DNA of 50,810 nucleotides from assembly GCF_041596715.1 (NCBI RefSeq), contig NZ_JBFHIA010000001.1:1-50810 (forward strand). The letters are read 5' to 3'. The notes below the pieces were generated by a model. The model was not told the DNA's origin, searched no databases, and worked only from the letters and a program-made list of their open reading frames with translations. Positions 1-9,829 of this stretch are shown here, in pieces. The translations under genes were made by a program, and so were the position numbers. Each line of letters opens with the position of its first letter. Position 1 is the first letter of the stretch. Origin of the DNA: Phaeovulum sp. (lineage in GTDB: Bacteria; Pseudomonadota; Alphaproteobacteria; Rhodobacterales; Rhodobacteraceae).

Positions 1-1
1 A

Positions 2-511
2 ATGGCCGAAATCCTTGCCGCGTTCCGGCCGGGGCGTTCGGGGCGGCTGGCGCGGCTGATCGGGCTCAAACGGATCGACCGTATCCTGTTTGCCGCCACC
101 AAGGCCGACCATCTGCACCATTCGCAACACCCGCAACTGACCGCGATCATGCAGGCGATGCTGCGCGAGGCGCGCGACCGAGCCGACTTTGCCGGCGCGC
201 GCACCCAGGCGCTGGCAATTGCCGCGCTGCGCACCACCACCGAAGAAACGCTGTCCCACAACGGCGCGCCGCTTGACGCCGTGCGCGGCACGCTGGCAAG
301 CGGGCGACAGGCCGCGTTTTATCCGGGCGCGCTGCCAGACGATCCGGCGCAATTGATGACCCCCGCGCGGCAGGGGGCGGCCAAATGGCTTGATGCCGAT
401 TACGCCATGATGGCTTTCAGCCCGGCGCAAGTGCGGCTGAAGCCCGGCGACGGGCCGCCGCATATCAGGCTAGACCGCGCTGCCGAATTCCTTTTGGGCG
501 ACAAGCTGTGA
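2..511 (+). CDS. YcjX-like protein (DUF463 family), C-terminal part; 5' end outside window
   Basis: ORF is open to the window edge. A YcjF-like membrane gene follows 10 nt later, the usual ycjXF pairing. The sequence resemblance to YcjX is from memory only. Confidence 0.5.
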   Translation: MAEILAAFRPGRSGRLARLIGLKRIDRILFAATKADHLHHSQHPQLTAIMQAMLREARDRADFAGARTQALAIAALRTTTEETLSHNGAPLDAVRGTLASGRQAAFYPGALPDDPAQLMTPARQGAAKWLDADYAMMAFSPAQVRLKPGDGPPHIRLDRAAEFLLGDKL

Positions 512-521
512 GGATGCGCCG

Positions 522-1541
522 ATGACCACCCCCCGCCGCGGCCCCGTGTTGATCGAACTCGAAGGGGCTGCACCCACGCCCGCCGATGCGCCTCCGGTGC
601 CCGATCTTGGCGCGCTGCCCCCGCCACAGGGGCGCGCCATGCAGATTGCCACGCGTCTTGCGGCGCGGCGACCCTCGCGGCTGACACGGTTTTTCTGGCA
701 GGCGGCTATGGCGCTGGTGGGGTTTCTGGTGTCGGTCGCGGCGTGGAACTTTATGACCGGGCTGATCGCCGCGCATCCGATTCTGGGGTGGCTGGGCACC
801 GGGCTTTTGGGCGCGTTTCTGCTGGCCGCAGCACTGGTGGCGCTGCGCGAACTGGCCGCGTTGGCGCGGCTGGCGCGGCTTGACCGGGTGCACCGCGCCG
901 CAACCGCCGCGATCGTCTCGGGCGATCTTGCAGCGGCGCGCGAGGTGGTGGCGCGGCTTCGCACTCTATACGCCGCGCGCGAGGAACTGGCATGGCCGCG
1001 CGCCCGCCTGCAAGAGCGCGAGGCGGAAATGCTTGATTGTGCAAGCCTTCTAGCGCTGACCGAAACCGAGCTTTTGACACCCCTTGATGCCGCGGCCCGC
1101 GCCGAGGTGCAGGCAGCGGCGCGGCAAGTGGCGGCCGTAACCGCGCTGGTGCCGCTGGCGCTGGCCGATGTGGTGGCGGCCCTGACCGCCAACCTGCGCA
1201 TGATCCGCCGCATCGCCGAGGTATACGGTGGCCGGGCGGGCACCTTTGGCTCGTGGCGTCTGGCGCGCGCGGTGATGATGCATCTGGTGGCCACCGGGGT
1301 TGTGGCAGCGGGCGATGATCTGGTCGAAACGATGGCTGGCGGTGGCCTCATGGCCAAGCTTTCGCGCCGCTTTGGCGAAGGCGTGGTCAATGGCGCGCTG
1401 ACTGCCCGCGTCGGAATTGCCGCGATGGAGGTGTGCCGCCCGCTGCCCTTTACCGCGCTGCCGCGCCCCAAGGTGCGCTCGCTGGTCGGCGGTGCGCTAG
1501 CGGGGCTGTTCGAACGGTCTGCGGAAAAGGGTGCCGATTAG
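522..1541 (+). CDS. YcjF-family (UPF0283) inner membrane protein
   Basis: 339-aa ORF with a hydrophobic stretch (FFWQAAMALVGFLVSVAAWNFMTGLIAAHPILGWLGTGLLGAFLLAAALVAL) and position directly after the ycjX-like gene. Confidence 0.5.
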   Translation: MTTPRRGPVLIELEGAAPTPADAPPVPDLGALPPPQGRAMQIATRLAARRPSRLTRFFWQAAMALVGFLVSVAAWNFMTGLIAAHPILGWLGTGLLGAFLLAAALVALRELAALARLARLDRVHRAATAAIVSGDLAAAREVVARLRTLYAAREELAWPRARLQEREAEMLDCASLLALTETELLTPLDAAARAEVQAAARQVAAVTALVPLALADVVAALTANLRMIRRIAEVYGGRAGTFGSWRLARAVMMHLVATGVVAAGDDLVETMAGGGLMAKLSRRFGEGVVNGALTARVGIAAMEVCRPLPFTALPRPKVRSLVGGALAGLFERSAEKGAD

Positions 1542-2446
1542 GCTTCGTCCGGGCAGACAGCGGCCGCAGCCTTCAGCGCCCGAACTGCGGCCTGCACCTT
1601 GGGGGTGCGGTGCAGATCGACATGCGTGACCAGCCAGAGTGCAGCCGACCATTCGGGGCGCGGCGGCATCACCTCGACCAGCCCCGCGTCAGCGCGCGCC
1701 TCGGTCACCGGCAAGAAGCCAAGCCCGATACCTGCACGCACCGCCCCCAGTTGTGCGTCAAACTCGTTGGACACAAACACCATCGCTTCGCTTGGCACAT
1801 GCGCGGCCAGCCAGTGATGATAGGGCGCGCGGGATTTGCCCGGCTCGGCCCCCACAAATACGTGCTCTGCAAGTTCGGCGTCGCTGCGGGGCACACCATG
1901 CGCGGCGATATAGGCGGGCGTGGCGTAGAGTGCGCTTTCGCGCGCGCAAAGCAGCTGCACCACATTGTCGGGTTCGGTCGGGCGCGCGCCAGCGCGGATA
2001 GCCACATGCGCTTCGCCGTATTCCAGCCGGTAGACGCGCAGATCGGTGATATAGCGCAGCCGCACAGCGGGGTGCTCGGCCGCCAATTGCGCCAGCGCTG
2101 GCAGCACCATCTGCGACAGGTTCGGCAGCGACGTAATGATCAACTCGCCCGAGACATCTTCGCCCACGCCAGCGATGCGCGCGCCAAGTTGGGCAAACTG
2201 GTCATCGGTCGCCTGCGCTACCGCCAGCAGCAACTGCCCAGCCTCGGTCGGGGTGTAGCCGCGCGGGTGGCGCTGAAAAAGCCGCGCGCCCAGCCGCCCC
2301 TCCAGCGCGTCGATATGGCGGATGACGGTTGCATGGTGAACGCCCAGCACCTCGGCTGCGCCGCTGACCGTGCCGGCGCGCGCCACCTGATAGGCGGTGC
2401 GGATTTCATCCCAATTGTCAAAGCCCATCTGTGCACCCATAAACAA
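1538..2446 (-). CDS. LysR-family transcriptional regulator
   Basis: N-terminal HTH typical of LysR regulators (VARAGTVSGAAEVLGVHHATVIRHIDALEGRLGARLFQRHPRGYTPTEAG). About 300 aa. Alternative starts at 2440 and 2428. Confidence 0.85.
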   Translation of the reverse strand: MFMGAQMGFDNWDEIRTAYQVARAGTVSGAAEVLGVHHATVIRHIDALEGRLGARLFQRHPRGYTPTEAGQLLLAVAQATDDQFAQLGARIAGVGEDVSGELIITSLPNLSQMVLPALAQLAAEHPAVRLRYITDLRVYRLEYGEAHVAIRAGARPTEPDNVVQLLCARESALYATPAYIAAHGVPRSDAELAEHVFVGAEPGKSRAPYHHWLAAHVPSEAMVFVSNEFDAQLGAVRAGIGLGFLPVTEARADAGLVEVMPPRPEWSAALWLVTHVDLHRTPKVQAAVRALKAAAAVCPDEA

Positions 2447-2704
2447 TCCTCACCCATATTGCGCGTTTCCGTTCGTTTTCGCAATGTTGATCTCTGCGCC
2501 TTGGCCGCCGGGCGGTCAGTGGCGCGGTTTGGCGCGGCGGCAAGGCGCGCCCCCGTTGACTCGGGCGCGCTTTGCCACTAATTCCAGCGCAATTCCCGGA
2601 AGTACTTTGCTTCCGGTCCCTTTGCTTATTGCAGGGATCGCCGTCAGTCAGCGCGTTGCGCCCACTGGCGCCAACGGTCTTTGCCGCTGCCCGGAGGGCG
2701 CGCG

Positions 2705-4210
2705 ATGTTCGAGAACCTATCTGAACGCCTTGGCGGCGTGTTCGACCGGCTGACAAAGCAGGGCGCGCTGAGCGAAGCCGATGTGGCCACCGCGCTGCGC
2801 GAAGTGCGGGTGGCGCTGCTGGAAGCAGACGTTTCGCTGCCAGTCGCGCGCGACTTTATCAAGGCGGTCGAGGCCAAGGCCAAGGGTCAGGCGGTTACGA
2901 AATCCATCACCCCCGGCCAGCAGGTCGTAAAGATCGTCCATGACGAACTGATCCGGGTGCTGGCAGGCGACGGCGCGCCCGATGCGCTGAAAATCGACAA
3001 CCCGCCCGCACCGATTCTGATGGTCGGCCTGCAAGGCTCTGGTAAAACCACCACCACCGCCAAGCTCGCCCGCCGCCTGAAGGAAAAGCAGGGCAAGCGT
3101 GTGCTGATGGCCTCGCTTGACGTGAACCGCCCGGCGGCCATGGAACAGCTGGCGATCCTTGGCACGCAGATCGGCGTCGATACGCTACCGATCGTGGCGG
3201 GGCAAAAGCCGGTCGATATTGCCAAACGCGCGCGCCAACAGGCAACGATGGGCGGCTACGACGTTTATCTGCTCGACACCGCTGGCCGCTTGCACATCGA
3301 CGATGTGCTGATGGCCGAAGTGCAAGCGGTGCGCGATGCCACGAACCCGCGCGAGACGCTGCTGGTGGTCGATGGTCTGACCGGGCAAGACGCGGTCAAC
3401 GTCGCAACCGAGTTCGAGGCCAAGGTCGGCATCACCGGCGTCGTGCTGACGCGGATGGATGGCGACGGGCGCGGTGGTGCCGCACTTTCGATGCGCGCCG
3501 TCACAGGCAAGCCGATCCGCTTTGTCGGCCTTGGCGAAAAGACCGACGCGCTAGAGACCTTTGAAGCCGACCGCATCGCGGGCCGTATTCTCGGCATGGG
3601 CGACATCGTGGCGCTGGTGGAAAAGGCGCAGGAAACGTTCGAAGCCGAGCAGGCCGAGCGGATGATGCGGCGCTTCCAGAAAGGTCTGTTCAACATGAAC
3701 GACCTGCGCGGCCAGCTAGAGCAGATGCTGAAGATGGGCGGGATGCAGGGTGTCATGGGGATGCTGCCGGGCATGGGCAAAATGGCCAAGGCCGCAGAAG
3801 CCGCCGGTTTCGACGACCGTATTCTGCGCCGCCAGATCGCGTTGATCGGGTCGATGACCAAAAAGGAACGTGCCAACCCCGATCTGCTGCAAGCCAGCCG
3901 CAAAAAGCGCATCGCGGCCGGTGCCGGGCTTGAAGTGGCCGAGTTGAACCGGCTTCTCAAGATGCATCGCCAGATGGCCGACACCATGAAGAAGATGGGC
4001 AAGGGCGGAATGCTCAAGCAGGCGATGAAGGGCATGATGGGCGGCAAGGGCGGTATGCCCGACCTGAAGAACATGGACCCCGCGCAACTGGAAGAAGCCG
4101 CGCGCGCAATGAAGGCCGCAGGCGGCATGGGTGGCGGCTTTCCCGGTGCGCCGGGCGGGATGAAGCTTCCGGGCGGGCTTTCAGGTCTGGGGCTTGGCCG
4201 CAAGAAATGA
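2705..4210 (+). CDS. ffh: Signal recognition particle protein Ffh
   Basis: MFENLSERLGGVFDRL N-terminus, GLQGSGKTTT P-loop, DTAGR, methionine-rich M domain at the C-terminus. GGAGGG lies 6 nt before the ATG at 2705; the track ORF starts upstream at TTG 2681. Confidence 0.95.
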   Translation: MFENLSERLGGVFDRLTKQGALSEADVATALREVRVALLEADVSLPVARDFIKAVEAKAKGQAVTKSITPGQQVVKIVHDELIRVLAGDGAPDALKIDNPPAPILMVGLQGSGKTTTTAKLARRLKEKQGKRVLMASLDVNRPAAMEQLAILGTQIGVDTLPIVAGQKPVDIAKRARQQATMGGYDVYLLDTAGRLHIDDVLMAEVQAVRDATNPRETLLVVDGLTGQDAVNVATEFEAKVGITGVVLTRMDGDGRGGAALSMRAVTGKPIRFVGLGEKTDALETFEADRIAGRILGMGDIVALVEKAQETFEAEQAERMMRRFQKGLFNMNDLRGQLEQMLKMGGMQGVMGMLPGMGKMAKAAEAAGFDDRILRRQIALIGSMTKKERANPDLLQASRKKRIAAGAGLEVAELNRLLKMHRQMADTMKKMGKGGMLKQAMKGMMGGKGGMPDLKNMDPAQLEEAARAMKAAGGMGGGFPGAPGGMKLPGGLSGLGLGRKK

Positions 4211-4722
4211 TCGCGCCCACGCTTCATACAGCGCGCTTGACGCTAGGCCCGGCCTCGGCCGCGCACGCAGAGGCTTTCATCGCCTTTTGCGCCAGCGATG
4301 CGTCACGCTTTTTGGGCGGGCCCGTTGGGCCACGCGATGCGTGGGAAGGTGTTGCGATCGTTGCAGGGCTTTGGACGCTTCGGGGATATGGTCCGTTTTG
4401 GATGACCGAATCCGCAACCGGCGCGCCGGTTGGTCGCGTTGGCATCTATTACCCGATCTGGCGCGACGAGCCGGAACTCGCGTGGCTGGTCTACCCCGCC
4501 TATCAACGGCAAGGTTTTGGCTATGAGGGCGCTGTTGCCGCGCGCGACTGGGCCTATGCAACGCTTGGCCTTGCGCCGCTGGTCAGCCTGATCGACCCAA
4601 AGAACACCGCCTCGATCCGCCTTGCCGAAAAACTGGGCGCGGTCTGTGAAGGCCCGCAAAACCCCGAGGACGCCGATTCCACCCTTTGCTGGCGCCACCC
4701 CGCGCAGGCGGTGGCGCAATGA
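4207..4722 (+). CDS. GNAT-family N-acetyltransferase (RimJ/RimL-like), paralogue 1
   Basis: LHTARLTLGP N-terminus and YQRQGFGYEGAVAARDWAY acetyl-CoA motif. Start overlaps the ffh stop (ATGA). Confidence 0.75.
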   Translation: MIAPTLHTARLTLGPASAAHAEAFIAFCASDASRFLGGPVGPRDAWEGVAIVAGLWTLRGYGPFWMTESATGAPVGRVGIYYPIWRDEPELAWLVYPAYQRQGFGYEGAVAARDWAYATLGLAPLVSLIDPKNTASIRLAEKLGAVCEGPQNPEDADSTLCWRHPAQAVAQ

Positions 4723-5249
4723 TCGCGTTGACCGGCACCCCGGTTTTGCAGACCGAGCGGCTGACGCTGCGCGCGCCCTGCCCGGCCGACTTCCCACAGT
4801 GGCTGGCGTATTTCGCCACCGCACGGTCAGAGTTTTCGGGCGGCCCGCTGACGGATGACCGGGCGTGGCGGGCGTTTTGCCACCACATCGGGCACTGGGT
4901 GATGCGTGGCTACGGCTCTTTCATCGTTACGCGTAAAGGCGTGGATAAAGCGATCGGCCTTATCGGCCCCTATCACCCGATCGACTGGCCCGAGGCCGAG
5001 CTTGGCTGGGCGCTCTGGGATGTCGCGGACGAGGGCAAGGGCCTTGCCTATGAGGCCGCCGCAGCCACCCGCGACCATGTGTTCCGCGATCTCGGCTGGT
5101 CCACCGCAGTCAGCTACATCGACCCGAACAACGCCCGCTCGGCCGCGCTGGCCAAGCGGCTGGGGGCAGTGCTGGACCCCGCCGCACGCGGGCCGCACCC
5201 CGACGATCTGGTGTTCCGTCATCCCGCGCCCGAGGGGAGTGCCGCATGA
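4719..5249 (+). CDS. GNAT-family N-acetyltransferase, paralogue 2
   Basis: MIALTGTPVLQTERLTLRAP..EGKGLAYEAAAATRDHVF. The ATG at 4719 overlaps the preceding stop (ATGA). Clear paralogue of the neighbouring genes. Confidence 0.75.
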   Translation: MIALTGTPVLQTERLTLRAPCPADFPQWLAYFATARSEFSGGPLTDDRAWRAFCHHIGHWVMRGYGSFIVTRKGVDKAIGLIGPYHPIDWPEAELGWALWDVADEGKGLAYEAAAATRDHVFRDLGWSTAVSYIDPNNARSAALAKRLGAVLDPAARGPHPDDLVFRHPAPEGSAA

Positions 5250-5776
5250 TCACGCTCACCGGAGCCCCGGTTCTGCACACCGCTCGCCTGACGCTGCGCG
5301 TTCCGGCGATGCGCGATTGGGAAGCGTTCGCCGCCTTTCTCACCTCGGATCGCGCGAGCTATGTCGGCGGCCCCGTCACGCGCGAGCGCGCATGGCGCGC
5401 CTTTGGCCACCTTGTCGGCCACTGGGTGCTGCGCGGCTACGGCATGTTCGCAGTAGCGCAAAAGGGCACGGATGAAGCCTTTGGCATGGCCGGCCCGTGG
5501 TTCCCCGAGAACTGGCCCGAGCAAGAGTTGGCCTGGAGCATTTGGTCCCCCGAGGCCGAAGGCAAGGGCTATGCATTCGAAGCTGCCCAAGCCGCACGCA
5601 ACTATGCTTTTGGCGTGCTCGGCTGGGCCACTGCTGTCAGCTACATTGACCCCGAAAATGCGCGCTCTATCGCGCTGGCTAAACGCCTTGATGCAGTGAT
5701 TGAACCCGGCGCGGCGCATCCCGGCGACGAGCCGACGCTGGTGTTTCGCCACTCAAGACCGGAGACCCTCGCATGA
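5246..5776 (+). CDS. GNAT-family N-acetyltransferase, paralogue 3
   Basis: MITLTGAPVLHTARLTLRVP..EGKGYAFEAAQAARNYAF. ATGA overlap with paralogue 2. Confidence 0.75.
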   Translation: MITLTGAPVLHTARLTLRVPAMRDWEAFAAFLTSDRASYVGGPVTRERAWRAFGHLVGHWVLRGYGMFAVAQKGTDEAFGMAGPWFPENWPEQELAWSIWSPEAEGKGYAFEAAQAARNYAFGVLGWATAVSYIDPENARSIALAKRLDAVIEPGAAHPGDEPTLVFRHSRPETLA

Positions 5777-6069
5777 CCGATGCGATCGCCCGCGCAGCCG
5801 CGCTTTTGAAAGAGCATCGCGACAGCATCGACCGGCTGGATGCGATACTCGTCTACACCCTGGCCGAGCGTTTCAAACGCACGCAGGCCGTGGGCCAACT
5901 GAAGGCACAGCACGATCTGCCGCCTTCCGACCCCTTCCGCGAGGCCGAACAGATCACGCGGCTCGAAGAATTGGCGCGCGAGGCGGACCTCGACCCCGTA
6001 TTCGCCAAGAAGTTCCTCACCTTCGTGATTTCCGAAGTGATCCGGCATCACGAGCAGTTTCAGAAATAG
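5773..6069 (+). CDS. Chorismate mutase (small AroQ-type)
   Basis: 98 aa. [26 protein letters not shown] and [15 protein letters not shown] are typical of monofunctional chorismate mutases. ATGA overlap with GNAT 3. Confidence 0.8.
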   Translation: MTDAIARAAALLKEHRDSIDRLDAILVYTLAERFKRTQAVGQLKAQHDLPPSDPFREAEQITRLEELAREADLDPVFAKKFLTFVISEVIRHHEQFQK

Positions 6070-6109
6070 CGGCACCGCCGCGCACAACCAAACCCAAGGA
6101 GATACTGAA

Positions 6110-6457
6110 ATGTCGATGAAAATCCGTCTGGCCCGTGGTGGCTCTAACAAGCGCCCGCACTACTCGATCGTGGCTTCGGATTCGCGCATGCCGCGCGATG
6201 GCCGCTTCCTCGAAAAGCTGGGCATCTATGACCCGCTGCTGGCCAAAGACAACGAGAACCGCGTCAAGATGAACGTCGAGCGCGTGCAATACTGGCTGAG
6301 CCAAGGCGCGCAGCCGACCGACCGCGTCGCGCGCTTCCTCGAAGCCGCTGGCCTGATCGCAAAAACCACGCGGTCGAACCCCAAGGCCGCAGTGCCGGGC
6401 GAGAAAGCCAAGAAGCGCGCCGAAGAAAAGGCCGCCAAGGCCGCAGTCACCGAGTAA
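6110..6457 (+). CDS. rpsP: 30S ribosomal protein S16
   Basis: [40 protein letters not shown]. The start may be 6116. Confidence 0.95.
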   Translation: MSMKIRLARGGSNKRPHYSIVASDSRMPRDGRFLEKLGIYDPLLAKDNENRVKMNVERVQYWLSQGAQPTDRVARFLEAAGLIAKTTRSNPKAAVPGEKAKKRAEEKAAKAAVTE

Positions 6458-6482
6458 TCTGCGCCTTTAAGCAGACAGTATC

Positions 6483-6507
6483 GGGCCGGGCAGCACTTGC
6501 CCGGCCC
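6483..6507 (+). terminator. GC-rich hairpin between rpsP and rimM (possible attenuator)
   Basis: GGGCCGGGCA-gcact-TGCCCGGCCC, a perfect 10-bp stem with no clear T tract after it. Confidence 0.3.
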
Positions 6508-6527
6508 CCATTCGTGGAGCGTGGCCG

Positions 6528-7037
6528 ATGAGCAGCCCAGAGTTGATCTGCGTTGGTGCCATTGCGGGCGCCTTTGGCGTGCAGGGCGAGGTGCGGCTGA
6601 AAAGCTTTTGCGCCCGGCCCGAGGACATCGCGCGCTACGCTCCGCTATATAGCGAAGACCGCGCACGCACCTTCAGCGTCAAGATCACGCGGCCCGTGAC
6701 GGGCGGCTTTGGCGCGCGGCTGGGTGGGATTGCGACGAAGGAACAGGCCGATGCGCTGAAAGGTGCCACGCTCTGGGCCGAAAAGTCGAAACTGCCTTCG
6801 CTGCCCGATGATGAGTTCTACCACGCCGATCTGATCGGCCTTGAGGTGGTCGATACCGGCGGGCAACGGTTGGGTGAGGTGCGCGCCGTGCACAACCACG
6901 GCGCAGGCGACATTCTCGAAGTGTTCGTACCCGGCGCAAGGTCGGCATTGCTGCTGCCCTTCACGCGCGCCATCGTGCCGACTGTGGACCTTGCCACGCG
7001 CCGCATCGTGGTGAACCCGCCCGAGGAGGTCGAATGA
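6528..7037 (+). CDS. rimM: 16S rRNA processing protein RimM
   Basis: [32 protein letters not shown], in the conserved position between rpsP and trmD. Confidence 0.9.
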   Translation: MSSPELICVGAIAGAFGVQGEVRLKSFCARPEDIARYAPLYSEDRARTFSVKITRPVTGGFGARLGGIATKEQADALKGATLWAEKSKLPSLPDDEFYHADLIGLEVVDTGGQRLGEVRAVHNHGAGDILEVFVPGARSALLLPFTRAIVPTVDLATRRIVVNPPEEVE

Positions 7038-7876
7038 CCGACGAAGGCACCGCCAAGACAAAATCGCATGGCCGCGTGGCCATTTCCGCCTCGCTCAAGC
7101 CGCGCGAGTTGATGGCCGATTCCACGCGCCTTGCGGGTGCGTGGACAGCGCGGATCGTGACGCTGTTCCCAGAGGCCTTTCCCGGCACGCTCGGCCTTTC
7201 GCTGACCGGCAAAGCACTGGCCGAGGGGCTCTGGGCGCTTGAGACAATCGACCTGCGCCCCTTCGGGATCGGCAAGCACCGCAACGTAGACGACAATCCC
7301 GCAGGTGGTGGCGCGGGCATGGTGCTGCGCGCCGATGTTGTAGGCGCAGCGCTGGCCGAGGCCACCATCGGCACGCCGCCCGATCGCGCCAAGTGGCCGG
7401 TCATCTACCTGTCACCGCGCGGGCGGCCCCTTACCCAAGACATGGCGCGCAGCTATGCCAAGGCCGATGGCATGACCCTGCTTTGCGGCCGCTTCGAAGG
7501 CGTTGATCAGCGTGTGCTTGACCATTTCGGGGTCGAAGAGGTCAGCATTGGCGATTTCGTCCTGACCGGCGGCGAGATCGCTGCACAGGTCTTGATTGAT
7601 GCAACCGTCCGCCTTATACCCCGCGTGCTTGGGAATCAGTCGTCCACCGAGGAGGAATCCTTTTCGCATGGGCTGCTGGAACACCCGCACTACACTCGAC
7701 CGACCGAATGGGAAGGCCGCGCGATACCGGAACTGCTTCAATCCGGCCATCACGCGAAAATTGCCGACTGGCGGCGGACCACGGCCGAAAGGCTGACCAA
7801 GGAAAGACGACCTGATCTCTGGCGGGCTTATTGTGCAGCGCACAACAGGGACCCGAATGAAGACCAAGAGCTCTGA
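7034..7876 (+). CDS. trmD: tRNA (guanine37-N1)-methyltransferase TrmD
   Basis: [57 protein letters not shown] overlap with rimM; an alternative start is at 7112. Confidence 0.93.
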   Translation: MTDEGTAKTKSHGRVAISASLKPRELMADSTRLAGAWTARIVTLFPEAFPGTLGLSLTGKALAEGLWALETIDLRPFGIGKHRNVDDNPAGGGAGMVLRADVVGAALAEATIGTPPDRAKWPVIYLSPRGRPLTQDMARSYAKADGMTLLCGRFEGVDQRVLDHFGVEEVSIGDFVLTGGEIAAQVLIDATVRLIPRVLGNQSSTEEESFSHGLLEHPHYTRPTEWEGRAIPELLQSGHHAKIADWRRTTAERLTKERRPDLWRAYCAAHNRDPNEDQEL

Positions 7877-7926
7877 GGCCGCGCACATCTTCACGGGGAA
7901 ACCGTGGGCACAAGAAAGGACATGCG

Positions 7927-8304
7927 ATGGACATTATCGCGCAACTCGAAGCCGAGCAGATCGCTGCGCTCGGCAAGACCATTCCCGATTTCAGAGCCGG
8001 CGACACCGTTCGCGTTGGCTACAAGGTGACCGAAGGTACGCGTTCGCGTGTGCAGGCCTATGAAGGCGTCTGTATCGCCCGCAAAGGCGGCAACACGCTT
8101 GCTGCCAGCTTCACCGTGCGCAAGATCTCGTTCGGCGAGGGCGTCGAACGCGTGTTCCCGCTCTATTCGACCAACATCGCCAGTGTTGAAGTAGTGCGTC
8201 GTGGCCGTGTGCGCCGCGCCAAGCTCTACTATCTGCGCGACCGCCGCGGCAAATCGGCGCGTATCGCAGAATTGGGCAACTACAAAGCCAAAGACGAAGC
8301 GTAA
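7927..8304 (+). CDS. rplS: 50S ribosomal protein L19
   Basis: [56 protein letters not shown]. Confidence 0.95.
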   Translation: MDIIAQLEAEQIAALGKTIPDFRAGDTVRVGYKVTEGTRSRVQAYEGVCIARKGGNTLAASFTVRKISFGEGVERVFPLYSTNIASVEVVRRGRVRRAKLYYLRDRRGKSARIAELGNYKAKDEA

Positions 8305-8315
8305 GGAGCGGCGCC

Positions 8316-8537
8316 ATGAAAAAAGACATTCACCCGACCTACCACTTCATCGACGTGAAGATGACCGACGGCACCGTGTTCCGCACCCGCTCCACCTGGG
8401 GCAAGGAAGGCGAACAAATGTCGCTGGAAATCGATCCGTTGGTGCACCCGGCATGGACCGGCGGCTCGGCCAAGCTGATGGATACCGGCGGCCGCGTCTC
8501 GAAGTTCAAGAACAAATACGCGGGCCTCGGTTTCTGA
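8316..8537 (+). CDS. rpmE: 50S ribosomal protein L31
   Basis: [42 protein letters not shown]. Confidence 0.93.
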   Translation: MKKDIHPTYHFIDVKMTDGTVFRTRSTWGKEGEQMSLEIDPLVHPAWTGGSAKLMDTGGRVSKFKNKYAGLGF

Positions 8538-8577
8538 TCCGCTTGCGCTTTCGCAATCGAAGCGCACAAGATATAGT

Positions 8578-8606
8578 CAAGGCGCGCCCCGTTCGGCGCG
8601 CCTTTT
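8578..8606 (+). terminator. Rho-independent terminator after rpmE
   Basis: AAGGCGCGCC-ccgttc-GGCGCGCCTT followed by TTTAGTTT. Confidence 0.75.
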
Positions 8607-8630
8607 TAGTTTCATCCCGGAGGCAGACCC

Positions 8631-9440
8631 GTGGCGCATATCATCGTGATGGGCAATGAAAAGGGCGGCACCGGCAAATCGACCACATGCATGCATGTGG
8701 CGACAGCACTGGTGCGCATGGGGCACCGGGTCGGTGCGCTTGATCTGGATCTGCGCCAGCAAAGCTTCGCGCGCTACATAGAGAACCGCCGCGTATTTTT
8801 TGCCCGCGAGAACCTAGATCTTCCCAGCCCGAGCTTTCACGAGTTGCCCGAGATTGACGCGGCCAGCATTGGCCCAAACGAAAACGTCTTTGACCACCGG
8901 CTTTCAGCAGCGGTTTCGGCGCTGGAAACCGAAGTCGATTTCATTGTCATCGATTGCCCCGGCAGCCACACGCGGCTCAGCCAAGTGGCCCATTCGCTGG
9001 CCGATACGCTGGTGACGCCGTTGAACGACAGCTTCATCGACTTTGATCTGCTGGCCCGAATCGACCCTGAAACTAGCCGCGTTACCGGCCCCTCGATCTA
9101 TTCCGAGATGGTTTGGGCTGCGCGGCAATTGCGGGCGCGGGCGGGCTTGAAGCCGATCGACTGGGTGGTGCTGCGCAACCGGCTTGGGGCGCAACAGATG
9201 CACAACAAGAAGAAGGTCGGCGCGGCGCTGGAACAGCTTTCACGGCGCATCGGCTTCAGAGTGGCCCCCGGTTTTTCCGAACGCGTGATCTTTCGCGAAT
9301 TGTTCCCGCGCGGCTTGACCCTGCTTGATTTGCGCGATGTCGGGGTCGAAACGCTCAACATCTCCAACGTCGCGGCGCGGCAAGAGCTGCGCGAGCTGAT
9401 GCAGGCGCTGCGGCTGCCGGGGGTCAAGGTCAACTTCTGA
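8631..9440 (+). CDS. mipZ: ParA-family division-plane positioning ATPase MipZ
   Basis: GNEKGGTGKST, DLDLRQQSFARYIENRR, TPLNDSFIDFD, VLRNRL, RIGFRVAPGFSERVIFRELFPRGLT, AARQELRELM. These match the Caulobacter MipZ pattern as I recall it. GTG start, with GGAGG 8 nt upstream. Confidence 0.9.
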   Translation: MAHIIVMGNEKGGTGKSTTCMHVATALVRMGHRVGALDLDLRQQSFARYIENRRVFFARENLDLPSPSFHELPEIDAASIGPNENVFDHRLSAAVSALETEVDFIVIDCPGSHTRLSQVAHSLADTLVTPLNDSFIDFDLLARIDPETSRVTGPSIYSEMVWAARQLRARAGLKPIDWVVLRNRLGAQQMHNKKKVGAALEQLSRRIGFRVAPGFSERVIFRELFPRGLTLLDLRDVGVETLNISNVAARQELRELMQALRLPGVKVNF

Positions 9441-9534
9441 GCGCGCGGCATAGTGCTTGCCGCGTGCCTTCGTGCCGTTTCAACACAGAGTGAATCAGGC
9501 ACCCGCGGTGCGCCGATTCACCAAGGCAACGATT

Positions 9535-9562
9535 CCGGCGCTATCCGCGGCGCCGGCTTTTA
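9535..9562 (+). terminator. Candidate terminator downstream of mipZ
   Basis: CCGGCGC-tatccgcg-GCGCCGG followed by CTTTTAC. Confidence 0.4.
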
Positions 9563-9703
9563 CCCTTCCGATCAGTAGTTCTTAGCGCAAGGGGCAACAT
9601 TTGCCGCGCGCCATGCTGCGCGCGATCATTCGCGTGCTTGCTGCCTGCACGCGCCAAGGCCATTCCGGCCCTCATCGCCCGAGTAACAGCGCAGGTTTCG
9701 GCC

Positions 9704-9744
9704 ACGAAAAAGCAAAGGGCTCAGGCGTTTCCGCCTAAGCCCTT
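9704..9744 (-). terminator. Rho-independent terminator on the minus strand, directly after the tRNA 3'-end remnant
   Basis: 13-bp stem with 12 pairs (9715-9727 / 9732-9744). On the minus strand it is followed by TTTGCTTTTTC. Confidence 0.6.
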
Positions 9745-9752
9745 GTGTTTAT

Positions 9753-9769
9753 TGGTGCGCCGGAGAGGA
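9753..9769 (-). other. 17-nt tRNA 3'-end remnant (T-stem 3' strand + acceptor + ACCA); candidate att core at the left island junction
   Basis: Minus strand reads TCCTCTCCGGCGCACCA. No D arm, anticodon arm or 5' acceptor strand lies upstream. A terminator lies 8 nt downstream. Confidence 0.45.
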
Positions 9770-9829
9770 TGAAACTGGGAACTCGTATGTGATTGTTTCT
9801 GAGCTGTAATTCTTGAGACGATTACAATC

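Noticed and set aside
470-4227. Long antisense or alternative-frame ORFs in the core region (for example 470..1471 -, 1433..2581 +, 3265..4227 -).
   Set aside because: They overlap well-supported genes (ycjF-like, LysR, ffh). Their products are Arg/Ala/Pro/Ser-rich, which is typical of shadow ORFs in high-GC DNA.
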